Assembly (NCBI GenBank): GCA_003222085.1 | Contig: QHUK01000024.1 | Coordinates: 2,078-66,077, forward strand | Reading direction: 5' to 3' | Length of the DNA stretch: 64,000 nt | DNA from: Gemmatimonadota bacterium | Lineage (GTDB): Bacteria; Gemmatimonadota; Gemmatimonadetes; Gemmatimonadales; GWC2-71-9 | Part shown: positions 32,294 to 42,732 of the stretch, in pieces | How positions within the stretch are numbered: the first letter of the stretch is position 1 | Layout: each line of letters opens with the position of its first letter | Program-made: the position numbers and the translations under genes | The notes under the pieces: model-generated | Database searches by the model: none | Told to the model about the DNA's origin: nothing | The model's input: the letters and a program-made list of their open reading frames with translations, nothing else

Positions 32294-32828
32294 TGCATCG
32301 TCTCCAGCAGCGACCACACCATCGGCCAGGACCCTCCTACATACGCTTCTCGAACCACGCGCGGCGGCGGAAACGGGCCGTCGGTGGACCGCACTTTATC
32401 ACATTCTGTACCGCAAGCACCGCCGGGCTGGGCTCGGGCGTGCGCCGGCAACTTATTGCGGAACAGGCAGTTACGGCATTGGCGGAGCGAGGCCTGAACG
32501 CCACGGCCTCAACGCCACGGCGCAGCCGGTCCACATTGGAGGTGAGCCTTGCAACAAATGGTGCTGACCTGAAGCAATGTTGTGCAGCCGCGGCAGATCA
32601 GCGGATCGAACGGGTTCCGTCTAGAGGAGCTCTAAGCTCTCAATCTGTCACATCTCTGTCGTCAAGTGCCTCCACGTATTTCTTCCACGCGCGTCGCAGT
32701 AGAATCGACGGCCGCGTGGATCCCGGTGTTCGAAATAGGAACCAGATTGTGGACTAGACTAAATAGTTTGCTGTTTTCGACGAGGATGTCCTTCTCTGGG
32801 CCCTGCTTGCAACGCGCGCTGCCGTCTC

Positions 32829-34601
32829 CTAACTCAACCGCTCCAATCCGAGCTGCTGCGCCGCGTACCGGCGGTACACGCTCCCCGGCCGTGCCCGCAA
32901 CTCCTCGTGGCGCCCCTGTTCGATGACCCGGCCGCGATCGAGGACCAGCACCTCGTGGGCGTGCTCGATCGTGGACAGTCGGTGGGCGATGATGAGGGCC
33001 GTCCGGCCCTCGAGCAGGTGCCGCAGCGCCTGCTTGAGAAACGCTTCCGATTCGGGGTCGAGGGCCGAGGTGGGCTCATCCAGGATCAGGATGGGCGCGT
33101 TCTTGAGGAACGCGCGTGCGATGGCGAGGCGCTGCTTCTCGCCGCCGGAGAGCCCGAGGCCCCGCTCACCGATCTCGGTCTCGTAGCCCCGCGGCAGCCG
33201 CGCGATGAACTCGCTGGCGAACGCGAGGCGGGCGGCATCGGCAAGGTCGGCGTCCGTGGCCTCGGGTCGGCCGTAGCGCAGATTCTCGGCGACCGTGCCC
33301 GACAACAGCATCGGCTCTTGGGCCACGATGGCGATGTTCTGCCGCAGCGATCGGAGCGTCACGTCTCGGATGTCGGTCCCGTCGATGGTGATGCGGCCGC
33401 CGGTGACGTCGTAAAAGCGCGGCAGGAGCTTGGCGAGGGTCGATTTGCCGGCGCCGCTCGGCCCCACCAGGGCGACCGTCGTACCTGCGGAGAGATGGTG
33501 CCGGAAATGCTCGAGCACCGGCGGCCCGCCATCGTATCGGAAGCCGACGTCGTCGAACACGATCTCCCCACGTATCCGGCCCAGCACCCGCGCGACCGGT
33601 TGCTCCCGTACCTCGGGATAGGTGTCGAACACCTCGAAGATGCGGTCCATCGCGGCGAGGCTGCTGGCGACGATCAGGTTGAGCTCCGTGAGTCGCTGCA
33701 CCGGCTGGTAGAGCAGCCCGAGGTAGGCGTAGAACGCCATGAGCGTTCCGATCGTGAGTCGACCGCCGAGCACTTCGAGGGCACCAAACCAGAGCACCAG
33801 GATCGGCCCGATCGCCGTGAGAAACCCTGTCGCCCCGAGCGCCACCGACTGGAGCTGCACGTTGGAGAGGACACTGTGAAGGAAGCGTTCACTCTGCTTG
33901 TGAAACGCCCGGGCCTCGGCTTCTTCCTGCGTGAACGACTGGATCGTGGAGATCGCTCCGAACTGCTCGTGCAGCTCGCCGGAGATCTCCTGCAGCTGGT
34001 CATGGATGGCCCGGCTCTGCTCTCGGAGCCGCCGGGTGAGCCGGAGGCTTACCCACGCGTAACACGGCAGCACGGCCAGCGCGACCAGGGCGAGCTTCCA
34101 ATGCGCGACGAGCAGCACCACGACGACGCCCGAGATCGCAGCCACATCCATCGCGGTGTTCACGAAAGCGGCGCCTACAAAGTTCTGGGCGGAGGCGATG
34201 TCGCTCGTCATGCGCGCCACGACCTCGCCGATGCGCTGGCGGTCGAAGAAACTCAGGCTCATGCGTTGCACGTGATAGTGCAGATCGCGGCGCAGATCGA
34301 AGATCAGGCGATGCCCGGCGAGGCCCGCCAGATACGAGCGCCAGTAACTCGCGATCCCGTACACCACGTAGACAGCGATGAGGCCCACCATGAGCAGGTG
34401 GAGCTGGGTACGTGGCCGCCCGCCCGCCGGAACCAGGAACTCGTCCACCACGATCTTGAGCGTCCACGGCAGGACCAGGGGAATGAGATAGCGGACGACG
34501 CCGCACGCCGTGGCCAGCGCGATGGTCGTGCGATACGGCGCGACGTAGGCGAGAAAGCGTTGGAGGCTACGGCGTTGCGCCGAGTGCATGGCTGACGGCA
34601 T
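32829..34601 (-). CDS. ABC exporter, fused TMD-NBD (MsbA/PglK-like)
   Basis: Multiple TMs; GPSGAGKST, LSGGEKQR, ILDEPTSALD, AHRL. Confidence 0.93.
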   Translation of the reverse strand: MPSAMHSAQRRSLQRFLAYVAPYRTTIALATACGVVRYLIPLVLPWTLKIVVDEFLVPAGGRPRTQLHLLMVGLIAVYVVYGIASYWRSYLAGLAGHRLIFDLRRDLHYHVQRMSLSFFDRQRIGEVVARMTSDIASAQNFVGAAFVNTAMDVAAISGVVVVLLVAHWKLALVALAVLPCYAWVSLRLTRRLREQSRAIHDQLQEISGELHEQFGAISTIQSFTQEEAEARAFHKQSERFLHSVLSNVQLQSVALGATGFLTAIGPILVLWFGALEVLGGRLTIGTLMAFYAYLGLLYQPVQRLTELNLIVASSLAAMDRIFEVFDTYPEVREQPVARVLGRIRGEIVFDDVGFRYDGGPPVLEHFRHHLSAGTTVALVGPSGAGKSTLAKLLPRFYDVTGGRITIDGTDIRDVTLRSLRQNIAIVAQEPMLLSGTVAENLRYGRPEATDADLADAARLAFASEFIARLPRGYETEIGERGLGLSGGEKQRLAIARAFLKNAPILILDEPTSALDPESEAFLKQALRHLLEGRTALIIAHRLSTIEHAHEVLVLDRGRVIEQGRHEELRARPGSVYRRYAAQQLGLERLS

Positions 34602-34647
34602 CGTCAGGTCGAAGTCGAACGAGAACCGCCCTCGCAGCCATCGAACT

Positions 34648-36519
34648 TCAATGCTGGTTCAGCCATTCGCGCAACACGAGGAGATTGTACAGCCGCTGGC
34701 TGTGATCCCGCAGGCCGTCGCGGTGCTCACGCACCAGCGTGCGAAGTCCGGCGGGGTTCAGCCAGCCGCAATCGCGCAGGCTCTCACTTTCCGCCAACTG
34801 GTCGCCCCACGCGCTGGTCGGCCCACCGGCGAACCACACTTGGAACGGGACGGAGAAGGCGTGCTTGGGTCGCCGGAACAGATCGGCCGGGAGAAATCGT
34901 GCCAGCAGCGTCTTGAGGAGCGGCTTTCCTCCATTCCCATCCAGGAGCCAGTGGTCCGGGAGCCCCAGCGCGAATTCCAGGACTTCGTGGTCCAGCAAGG
35001 GCGCGCGCGCTTCCAGGCTGTGGGCCATGGTGGCGACGTCGACCTTGGGCATCAGGCAGTCCGCGAGGTAGGTGCTCACGTCCACCAGCCGCATCCGTCG
35101 CAGCGCGCTGCCGTTGCCGCTCCGGTACAACTGCGCAAGCCAGGCGCGCACGCCGTCGCCGCCGTCGCGTCGCGTCTGCAGCAGCTCTCCCGCGTAGAGC
35201 GTTTGCGCCTCTTCGTCGCGGACGTACATGCGCAACGCCGCGAAGCGCTCCGGTTCGTCCAACGCGAGCGTACCGACGGCGCGCTTGACCCGCTTCACCC
35301 AGGGGCGCTGGCCGCGCACGGTGGCGCCGAGCCGCAGCACCCCCGTCGGCACGGCGCTGCGCAAGCGCTTGAGGCGCAGTGCCGTCCGATACCAATCGTA
35401 TCCCCCGAAACCTTCGTCCCCGCCGTCTCCGGTGAGCACGACGGTGACGTGCTTCCTCGTCTCCCGAGCGAGCAACCAGACGGCCAGGGCGGCAGAATCG
35501 CCGAACGGCTCTGCGCAATGCCGAACCAGCGCCGGCAGGATGTCGAGCATCACCGGGCGTCCGGTGAACGTGCGGTGACGAGTCCCGAGGTGTTGCGCGA
35601 CTCGTTCGGCATAGCCGCTTTCATCGAAGGCGGCCTCCGCGAAACCGATCGAGAACGTCAAGGCCTCCCCCTGACAGTGGCGAGCGGCGATGGCCGTCAC
35701 CAGGCTCGAATCGATGCCGCCGCTCAGGAACGACCCGAGGGGCACGTCACTGCGTAGCCGCAGGGTGACCGCGGTCGTCAGCAAGTCTTCCAGTCGATCG
35801 ACGGCATCGGCGAAGCGCCCCGCGAAGGGTTGCACGGCGCCCTCAAGCGCCCAATGGCGGAGGGAACGCGCGCCAGAGGAGCTCACCCGGAGCAGCGTCC
35901 CGGCGGGGAGCTTGCTGATGCCGTCCCAGATCGACTGGGGAGCCGGCACATATCCGAGGGTGAGGAACGCGTCCAACGCCCCGAGGTTCACGCGGCGGGC
36001 TCGGGGATCGGTATCCCGGAGCGCCCCCAGGGTCGAGGCGAAGTAGCAGCTGTCCTCTTCCAGCGCGTAGAACAAGGGCTTCTTGCCCACGCGATCGCGC
36101 GCGAGCACCAGCTCGCCCCGCCTCCCGTCCCACACCGCGAAGGCGAACATGCCGCGGAGATACCGTACCGCCTCGCTGCCGTGTCGCTCGTACATCCGCA
36201 GCAACACCTCGGTATCCGACACGGTATGGAACCGCACCCCCTGATCCGAAAGAGATCGGCGCAACTCGCGGTAATTGTAGATCTCGCCGTTGAAGACCAG
36301 GGCGATCTGTCCATCGTCGCTGCACATCGGCTGGCGCCCGCCGGCGATGTCGATGATCGAGAGCCGACGGTGCGCGAAGGCCGCGCGGCCGCGAGGATCC
36401 GCCCAGAAGCCTTCTCCGTCAGGCCCCCGATGCGCCATCAGACCGGCCATGGCGCACAGGCGCTCGCGGTCCGGGCGGGCACCGTCCCGGAAGGCTACCG
36501 CGCCGGCGATCCCACACAT
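34648..36519 (-). CDS. asnB: AsnB-family glutamine amidotransferase 1
   Basis: MCGI, HRGPDG, FNGEIYN, LSGGIDS, GDGGDE, KVD, PLLDH. Confidence 0.9.
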   Translation of the reverse strand: MCGIAGAVAFRDGARPDRERLCAMAGLMAHRGPDGEGFWADPRGRAAFAHRRLSIIDIAGGRQPMCSDDGQIALVFNGEIYNYRELRRSLSDQGVRFHTVSDTEVLLRMYERHGSEAVRYLRGMFAFAVWDGRRGELVLARDRVGKKPLFYALEEDSCYFASTLGALRDTDPRARRVNLGALDAFLTLGYVPAPQSIWDGISKLPAGTLLRVSSSGARSLRHWALEGAVQPFAGRFADAVDRLEDLLTTAVTLRLRSDVPLGSFLSGGIDSSLVTAIAARHCQGEALTFSIGFAEAAFDESGYAERVAQHLGTRHRTFTGRPVMLDILPALVRHCAEPFGDSAALAVWLLARETRKHVTVVLTGDGGDEGFGGYDWYRTALRLKRLRSAVPTGVLRLGATVRGQRPWVKRVKRAVGTLALDEPERFAALRMYVRDEEAQTLYAGELLQTRRDGGDGVRAWLAQLYRSGNGSALRRMRLVDVSTYLADCLMPKVDVATMAHSLEARAPLLDHEVLEFALGLPDHWLLDGNGGKPLLKTLLARFLPADLFRRPKHAFSVPFQVWFAGGPTSAWGDQLAESESLRDCGWLNPAGLRTLVREHRDGLRDHSQRLYNLLVLREWLNQH

Positions 36520-37682
36520 GCTGGTCTCACTCCTCCCGCTTCCTCGAGGAGATCGTGATACAACTGCACGTGAGCCTCCACGCGGCGCTCCAGCGAGAAG
36601 CGGCCCATCGCTTCGTGGCGCGCTGCGGCGACCTCAGGCAGGTCACCTTCGGTCAATGCGTGCTCGATCGCTTCCACGAGCGCCGCTGCGGATCCGGGCG
36701 TCACCAGGCGAGCCGCCGCCGAAGTTCCGACCACTTCCGGCACGGCACCCACCGCCGTCGCCACGATGGGCACGTCCGCCTGCATCGCTTCGAGGAGTGT
36801 ATTCGGCAAGCCCTCGCTGCGAGACGGGAGCACCAGGAGATCGAGCATCCGGTACAAGACATCCACGTCGTAGACGTGCCCGAGGAAGCGCACGCGCGCC
36901 TCCAGCCCGAGACGAGCGCAATGAGCCTCGAGGCGCGCGCGCCCGGGGCCGTCCCCTGCCACGAGCGCGGAGAAGGCGAGGCCCTTCTGCACCAGCACGG
37001 CGCAGGCGTCGAGGAAGAGGTCCACGCCCTTCTCCTGACTCAGGCGTCCGACCACCCCGACGATGGGCCGTGGGAGACTGCCCGCGAGGCCGGCGAGGCG
37101 GTCGCGCTCGGATGGGCTGCCTCCAGGCGGAAGAGCCAGCGCCGCGTTGTAGATGACCCGGACCCGGCCGTCGCAATGTCGGAAGGCTCGGGCTTGCGCG
37201 TGCGACATGACGACGACGCGCTCAGCCGCACCCAGCAGCCGCCGATCGACCCAGTGGTAGAATCGCGCCTTGAGCGGTTCGGTTGTGAACCCGTGGAAGA
37301 ACCCTATCCAGCGCCACGGAGCACCCAGCCGGCGCAGCAGATACGCCACCGCCGTCGCCTTGTAACCGTGGGTCTGCACGATGGACGGTCGCCAGCGGCG
37401 CAGCACGGTTCCCACGTGCGAGGCCAGGCGCCAGTCGACCGGCCCGCGGTCTTCCACGATGCAATGCCGAACGCCGGCCTCCTGCAGATAGGGGGCGAAT
37501 GCCGAGGGCGGCTGGCCCCGCCGATGAAACACAACGACCAGGCAATCGGTCCCCGCACGCTGCAGTCCACGCGCCAGCGCAGTCAGCTGGCGCACCGGAC
37601 CGGAAACCGTTCCGGGGATCGCTTCGGGAGGAACCAAAGCAGCGATGCGTTTCGGGAAGGCGCCTGGCTCGTCGGAGCGCAC
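36495..37682 (-). CDS. GT4 glycosyltransferase
   Basis: VGRLSQEKG, LPSRSEGLPNTLLEAM. Confidence 0.9.
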   Translation of the reverse strand: MRSDEPGAFPKRIAALVPPEAIPGTVSGPVRQLTALARGLQRAGTDCLVVVFHRRGQPPSAFAPYLQEAGVRHCIVEDRGPVDWRLASHVGTVLRRWRPSIVQTHGYKATAVAYLLRRLGAPWRWIGFFHGFTTEPLKARFYHWVDRRLLGAAERVVVMSHAQARAFRHCDGRVRVIYNAALALPPGGSPSERDRLAGLAGSLPRPIVGVVGRLSQEKGVDLFLDACAVLVQKGLAFSALVAGDGPGRARLEAHCARLGLEARVRFLGHVYDVDVLYRMLDLLVLPSRSEGLPNTLLEAMQADVPIVATAVGAVPEVVGTSAAARLVTPGSAAALVEAIEHALTEGDLPEVAAARHEAMGRFSLERRVEAHVQLYHDLLEEAGGVRPACVGSPAR

Positions 37683-37697
37683 GGTGTGACCTCGGGG

Positions 37698-39425
37698 CTA
37701 CGGCACAGAACTATGGGAGCGGGGTGGCGCCGCTCGTGACACCCGCGCCGCAGCGTCGGTCCACCCGCGTTGGCCTACTCCGTCCAGCTGCAGGGTGTGA
37801 CGCCAGGGCTTGGTCAAGATTTTTCTTCTCCTCACCAGACAATCGATCACGGTCAGGTCGCCTGCCACATTGAACGTGTGTACGCCTACCACCGTCGGGT
37901 CTCGGGTGGGGACTATCTTGTCCACCTCCACTTCTCGATAGGTATCAGGGTTCAGCTGGAGGATGCGATTGATCGAAACGGCGTACCCGTAGCGCCTGGA
38001 GCAGTCCTGAGCTGGTCTATAGAACTGTCCGTCGTTCTCGAAAATCCGCCCTGCCGGCCGGGCCGAGCGAACATCGCTCTTGACGGGGTTGGCACGATGC
38101 GGCGTCCAGGGCCCCAACGGTGAATCGGCGTAGAAGAGGTGGAGTTCCACCGACGTCCCGGCACCAGAGACCGGAATGCCGGCGAACAACCACCACTTGC
38201 CAAACACGAACGCTGGTGTGGGATCTGAGGCCGCCAGGCCAGAAAGCAGCACGCGTTCCAATTTCCAGCGCGACGGAAAGGTGACGCAATGGTACAGTTC
38301 GACCCGATGATGCCCGGCCGTCTCCGGTATCATGAAGAATTCGCCATCCCACTGGAACACAAACGGGTAGGACAAGTGATAATCCTTCTCCAAGATGGGA
38401 ATCGGCCCGGCGGTCTTGCCTGCGTTGTCGACAACGCTCAAGACAATCGTTCCCTTATAGTGCGAAAGGGGCGCTTCCTCGTGGAAGATGTAGTACTCGT
38501 TCCCCACCCGAACGGGAAAGGGATCGGCCCAATACCGATCCACTGGAGGAACCAGCGTATGAAAGGGTCCCGTCGCCGGTCGATCGCCTCTGCCGTGTCG
38601 ATAGGCCAGCGTCCAATGCTCACGATACAGCGTCCTCATCCATTTGTCGGAAGCGTAGCGTCGCACGAGACGGGCCCCTGCCTGTAACATTTCCAGATTA
38701 CCCGGAGCGCCGGCCGGATCACCTGATGGAGTGTCGGCAACGTCACTCGGGGGGCTCGCCGCGAGCCTCTGGACGAATGCGTCGGGATCTGCCGCCAGGC
38801 GCTGAAGGCTCCTCGCCAACCCGGCGGAAATTCTCCAGTACAGGCGACTCTTGCTGCGAGATACCGAACGCCGATCGGTGGGTGCGACAGACAAATACAG
38901 CACATGCTTCCCGCCATACCCCTTCCACTGCACACACAGGCGCGTTTCAGTGCTTGGCCTCCCTTCGATGACCTCCCAAAACCCCGGCGTGGACTGTGTT
39001 CTCGGGTCGCCGCTGTGACCGAATGGCATGCTCCAAACACCGTACGTGGACCGGTCGGCCAAGCCCGCATCCGGCAGCAAACAGAAGGGATCCAGCACCA
39101 CGTCAATGTGTGCTTCTTCAAGCGCGGGAACCAGCGCGGTGTGCCGGAGATTGACGACACGACAACCGGGGAGCGCGGATTGCAAGCGGATCGGGACAAG
39201 AGCGTCCGCATCGCTGCGAAACAGGGAACGATCTATCCGCTCGTACAACGAGAAGAGCACGTGGCGCAGTGTCCGCCCCTCGGTACGGGCCGCGAGCAAC
39301 GCCAGCACGACGGTCGCGACCTTGGATTCCTCAACTGCGTGCAGGCACGTGTACAACCAGTTGGGAATCGTTCTGCCATCTGTGACGAGTAGCAGGTGGA
39401 GAGGTGCGCGGGACGTGTGCTTCAT
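37698..39425 (-). CDS. GINT1-N-like beta-propeller protein with formyltransferase-like N-terminal region
   Basis: YGVWS..G...PGFWEV; YWADPF, HLSYPFVF, MIPET, RPAG, PAQDC, HTFN. Confidence 0.75.
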   Translation of the reverse strand: MKHTSRAPLHLLLVTDGRTIPNWLYTCLHAVEESKVATVVLALLAARTEGRTLRHVLFSLYERIDRSLFRSDADALVPIRLQSALPGCRVVNLRHTALVPALEEAHIDVVLDPFCLLPDAGLADRSTYGVWSMPFGHSGDPRTQSTPGFWEVIEGRPSTETRLCVQWKGYGGKHVLYLSVAPTDRRSVSRSKSRLYWRISAGLARSLQRLAADPDAFVQRLAASPPSDVADTPSGDPAGAPGNLEMLQAGARLVRRYASDKWMRTLYREHWTLAYRHGRGDRPATGPFHTLVPPVDRYWADPFPVRVGNEYYIFHEEAPLSHYKGTIVLSVVDNAGKTAGPIPILEKDYHLSYPFVFQWDGEFFMIPETAGHHRVELYHCVTFPSRWKLERVLLSGLAASDPTPAFVFGKWWLFAGIPVSGAGTSVELHLFYADSPLGPWTPHRANPVKSDVRSARPAGRIFENDGQFYRPAQDCSRRYGYAVSINRILQLNPDTYREVEVDKIVPTRDPTVVGVHTFNVAGDLTVIDCLVRRRKILTKPWRHTLQLDGVGQRGWTDAAARVSRAAPPRSHSSVP

Positions 39426-39431
39426 CAGCAG

Positions 39432-40457
39432 TCATCCGCTCGCCAGTGTCACCGCTCTGCGGAAGGCCTGGTTCGTGTGGTGCAATTCCTCCTGCGTGGG
39501 CGGAATATCGAGGATGAATGACCGATACCCGACGGACATATAGCGCGACAACTCGTCCCCGACCCGTTCGTAGCTTCCCACGAGGTACGGGCACATCGTC
39601 TTGTAATTCTGGAAGGGCACCAGCCAGTACGGGCTCTCGCCTGGCGCCGTGGTGTGCGCCAGCTGTGACAGCTGTCCGTGCCACACGGAATCCGAGACCT
39701 TCATGGCCAACTGATGAGTCAGCTGACCCTTGCGGTCCTCGGGAAAGCGCTGTCGCGCGACGCGCCATGCTTCATCGCCATCTTCGCGGGCGATGATCCC
39801 CACTCTCACGCCCGCACCGACTCCCTCGTCCGGGGCGACCTCCTCGCCGGGCGCCTTCGGGTACTTGACGGCCGTGGCGCCGATCGCCTTCGCCGCCACC
39901 AGCCCGGCGTCCGACGAGCCCGACACGAAGATCCCCGGAAACAGGTCGCCCGGCAGGGAGGGCGTGAGCTTGAGATTCTTGACCTGGTAGAACGTGCCCT
40001 CGTAGGACACGGCGGAGCCGCGCAGCAGTTCCCGGATGATGAGCGTGTACTCGATGAGCCGATCGTACCGTTTGTCGTGGGGCGTCGTGTCGTTCAAGGC
40101 CACCAGGTCGTTCTTGAATCCCCCGGCGACCATGTTCAGATAAATGCGTCTCCTGTGCATGTGGCCCAGCGAGGCCACCATCTTCGCAACGGCGTACGGG
40201 TGCATATAGATGGGCTGGACCGCGACCAAGGGACATAGGGAAGTCGTGTTTTGGATGATGCTGTGCGACACCAGCCAAGGATCAAGCAGCCGGTTGTCGG
40301 AATACACGAGGATTCCTTTGCAGCCGGCTTGCTCACTCCAGCGCGCCACATCGGCCACCCGCTGGACGTAGGTCTCGGGATCGCCCTCGCTGGACTGCAC
40401 GCAGGTCGAAAACACCTCGAGACTCACGTCGGTCAGGCGGTCCACGCCGCTGCTCAT
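39432..40457 (-). CDS. LLM-class flavin-dependent monooxygenase
   Basis: PLVAVQPIYMHPYAVAK, LNMVAGG, RYDRLIEY, SGSS, LVGSYE; GAGGAG RBS. Confidence 0.88.
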   Translation of the reverse strand: MSSGVDRLTDVSLEVFSTCVQSSEGDPETYVQRVADVARWSEQAGCKGILVYSDNRLLDPWLVSHSIIQNTTSLCPLVAVQPIYMHPYAVAKMVASLGHMHRRRIYLNMVAGGFKNDLVALNDTTPHDKRYDRLIEYTLIIRELLRGSAVSYEGTFYQVKNLKLTPSLPGDLFPGIFVSGSSDAGLVAAKAIGATAVKYPKAPGEEVAPDEGVGAGVRVGIIAREDGDEAWRVARQRFPEDRKGQLTHQLAMKVSDSVWHGQLSQLAHTTAPGESPYWLVPFQNYKTMCPYLVGSYERVGDELSRYMSVGYRSFILDIPPTQEELHHTNQAFRRAVTLASG

Positions 40458-40616
40458 GCTCGCTCCTCTCTGCCTCACCGCTGTCGGGTCCAGACCCAAC
40501 TCGCCGGCCGTCATGTGCATGGGCGGTGCCACGAGACTTCTTGGTGGGGCAGCGGGCCGGGAGCCCGCATCGGAACACGCCTGATGCGTTCCCGCTACAA
40601 CGCGTGGGGCTTCGTC

Positions 40617-41501
40617 TCAACGCACCGGCCGCTCACGTACGAACATCCCTCTCTCCGCCAATGCCGCCGCGGCGTCATAGACTTCGCGCGCCCGCAGCAG
40701 CGTGAGACGCAAAGACCCCACGCGCCGCTCACGCCAAGCGTTGCGCCGCTTCAGCTCACCGACCAGCGGGCTCATGTCATGGTCGAGGCGCGGTGAAAAG
40801 AGCCGCAGGTTGGAGACCCGCACCGTCCCCTCCGGGTCCTTCCAGCGCATCGGATACCGCTCCTGAGTCAACACCGGAACCGTGAGCCGTGGCTCGAGGT
40901 CCTCGGCTACGAAATAACAGAAGGTCATGGTGTTCGCCGGCACTCCCGCCAGCAGAATCTTGCCGTCGTAGTCGAGCAACTTTCCATACGGCGTGAGCCG
41001 TCCACACGGAGTGTCGGCCAGCTCGTGACCGGCGATGATGGCGTCAGCCCTGCTTCCCCAGACGGCCACCGAGTGCGTTGGATGGACGCTGCGAACGACT
41101 CCCGGAGCGCGCCGGAACACTTCGGTGATGAGCCCCATCCGCGACACGGTATGACGCGCGTCGAACACGGGCTCACCCGTTGCGTACTCGACGGCGCTGC
41201 CTTGGAACGGAATGGTGGGCATCATGAGCGTCCCACCCGGTCCGACGACCTCCTGCAGTGCCCGAATGACGTCCACCGGGCCGCCGTGGAAGCCCAAGAA
41301 TTTGTCGAACGCGCTGTGAACCATCAGCACGTCGCCGGGGAGGACACCGAGTTGCAACAGGACGCGCGGCAGGTCGGCCGGCGTGAAGGCAAGAAACCTT
41401 TGGTGGTAGGCCCGCACGAGGCGCTTCAGCCCCCGCTTCACCCCGGGCGGCAGCACCCTCGAGGCGACCGTCCTCACGCGCGCTCGGATCGCCGCAGTCA
41501 C
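40617..41501 (-). CDS. AAC(3)-family N-acyltransferase
   Basis: GDVLMVHSA, GTLMMPT, MGLITEVFR, RSVHPTHSV, TPYGKL; GTGA coupling. Confidence 0.88.
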   Translation of the reverse strand: MTAAIRARVRTVASRVLPPGVKRGLKRLVRAYHQRFLAFTPADLPRVLLQLGVLPGDVLMVHSAFDKFLGFHGGPVDVIRALQEVVGPGGTLMMPTIPFQGSAVEYATGEPVFDARHTVSRMGLITEVFRRAPGVVRSVHPTHSVAVWGSRADAIIAGHELADTPCGRLTPYGKLLDYDGKILLAGVPANTMTFCYFVAEDLEPRLTVPVLTQERYPMRWKDPEGTVRVSNLRLFSPRLDHDMSPLVGELKRRNAWRERRVGSLRLTLLRAREVYDAAAALAERGMFVRERPVR

Positions 41502-42730
41502 CTCAGACCGGCCGCCGCGTTCGCAGCGACGGCGGGCTGGGTCACGGCCCGGGAACGTCCGACCTGTCCTCGTGTGATCGCCTTGGCCACGCGCCGGGCC
41601 GCCGCTCCGCATCCCGCAACGAACCGATACAGCGGACCGAAGGCACGCAACGACGTGAGTCCAACAAAGTAGAGACCTGGCACGCTGCTTTCGAACCAAT
41701 GATTCAGGACCGGGCTCCCCCTGTCCGTCGCGATGGTCGCCCGGACCGAAGGGTGAATCATCGTCAGCCTGTTGACGTCGACCGTGTATCCGGTTGCGAG
41801 GAGGATATGATCCGCGCTGACCGTCGCCCCGTCCGAAAGGGTTGCTTTGAGCCTCCCGTGTGCTACCTCGAGCCTCGCCACCGTCCGGCGCTCGCGCAGG
41901 GTCACCTTGCCGAGGACTCTATTCCGCAACCAGTCGGTCGCCCCGGAATGGTACTTCGCGTTATAGGCGTCCTTCCACGGCTGCGGGAATCGATAGAACA
42001 AGACTGGCCGATGGTCCCACACCCAGTTGATCCAGCCAGGTGCGATGCCCGCATCCGGGGCCAGGATCCGCTCCAGGGTGCTGCGCGTGCCCGACCGATC
42101 GGCCTCCAGCCAGTGGACGGACCGCCGTGATACCACCTGCACCGCGGCACCAGCTTCGTGGAGCAGCGCGGCGAACTCGATGGCGCTCTGTCCGCCGCCG
42201 ATGACGACGACATCCCGTCCCTTGAATCCGGCGAAGTCCCGGTGGTCGGAAGAATGCGAGACCAGCTTAGTCGGCAGGCCGGCGAATTGTTCCGGTCGAT
42301 GGGCATAGTGATAGGGTCCGATCGCCATCACGACCGCCTGACTCTCCACCTCGCGCCCATCCTGCAGCGTTAGCAGATACCCGGTATCCTCACGCTCGAT
42401 CGATGATACGTAGGTCTCATCGACCTCAGGGACCGCCCGTTGCTGGAACCAGAGGCCGTAGTCAATAAACGTCTGAAGCGGCACGGGATAAGTGCGGTCG
42501 CGCCCGGCGTCCCGGGCGAACCGTTCGAACCCGTAGTCCCCACCTGGATCGGAGAGGTTGGTCGCCCACCAGTGCGATCGCAGCAGCATGCCTTTCGGCA
42601 TGTGCTCGCGCCACATCTCCAACGTCTTGCCGAAGACGGCGACTCGCAGGCCTCGGCCGAGGAGATGCGCCGCCGTGGAGAGCCCGTAGGGACCGGCGCC
42701 GACCACCACCACGTCGAATGTGGGCCTCAC
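41498..42730 (-). CDS. FAD/NAD(P)-dependent oxidoreductase (monooxygenase-like)
   Basis: GAGPYGLS, HMPKGMLLRS, GGGQSAIE, LATGY, FESSVPGLYFVG. Confidence 0.88.
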   Translation of the reverse strand: MRPTFDVVVVGAGPYGLSTAAHLLGRGLRVAVFGKTLEMWREHMPKGMLLRSHWWATNLSDPGGDYGFERFARDAGRDRTYPVPLQTFIDYGLWFQQRAVPEVDETYVSSIEREDTGYLLTLQDGREVESQAVVMAIGPYHYAHRPEQFAGLPTKLVSHSSDHRDFAGFKGRDVVVIGGGQSAIEFAALLHEAGAAVQVVSRRSVHWLEADRSGTRSTLERILAPDAGIAPGWINWVWDHRPVLFYRFPQPWKDAYNAKYHSGATDWLRNRVLGKVTLRERRTVARLEVAHGRLKATLSDGATVSADHILLATGYTVDVNRLTMIHPSVRATIATDRGSPVLNHWFESSVPGLYFVGLTSLRAFGPLYRFVAGCGAAARRVAKAITRGQVGRSRAVTQPAVAANAAAGLR

Positions 42731-42732
42731 GA

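Noticed and set aside
32540-32825. Sigma-54 promoters upstream of rfbB (CAGCACCATTTGTTGCA; CGGCAGCGCGCGTTGCA)
   Set aside because: Spacing is off by one base and the first lacks the GG.
40617-41501. Aminoglycoside resistance gene aac(3)
   Set aside because: It is translationally coupled inside a biosynthetic operon with no mobile context; family membership alone does not show resistance.
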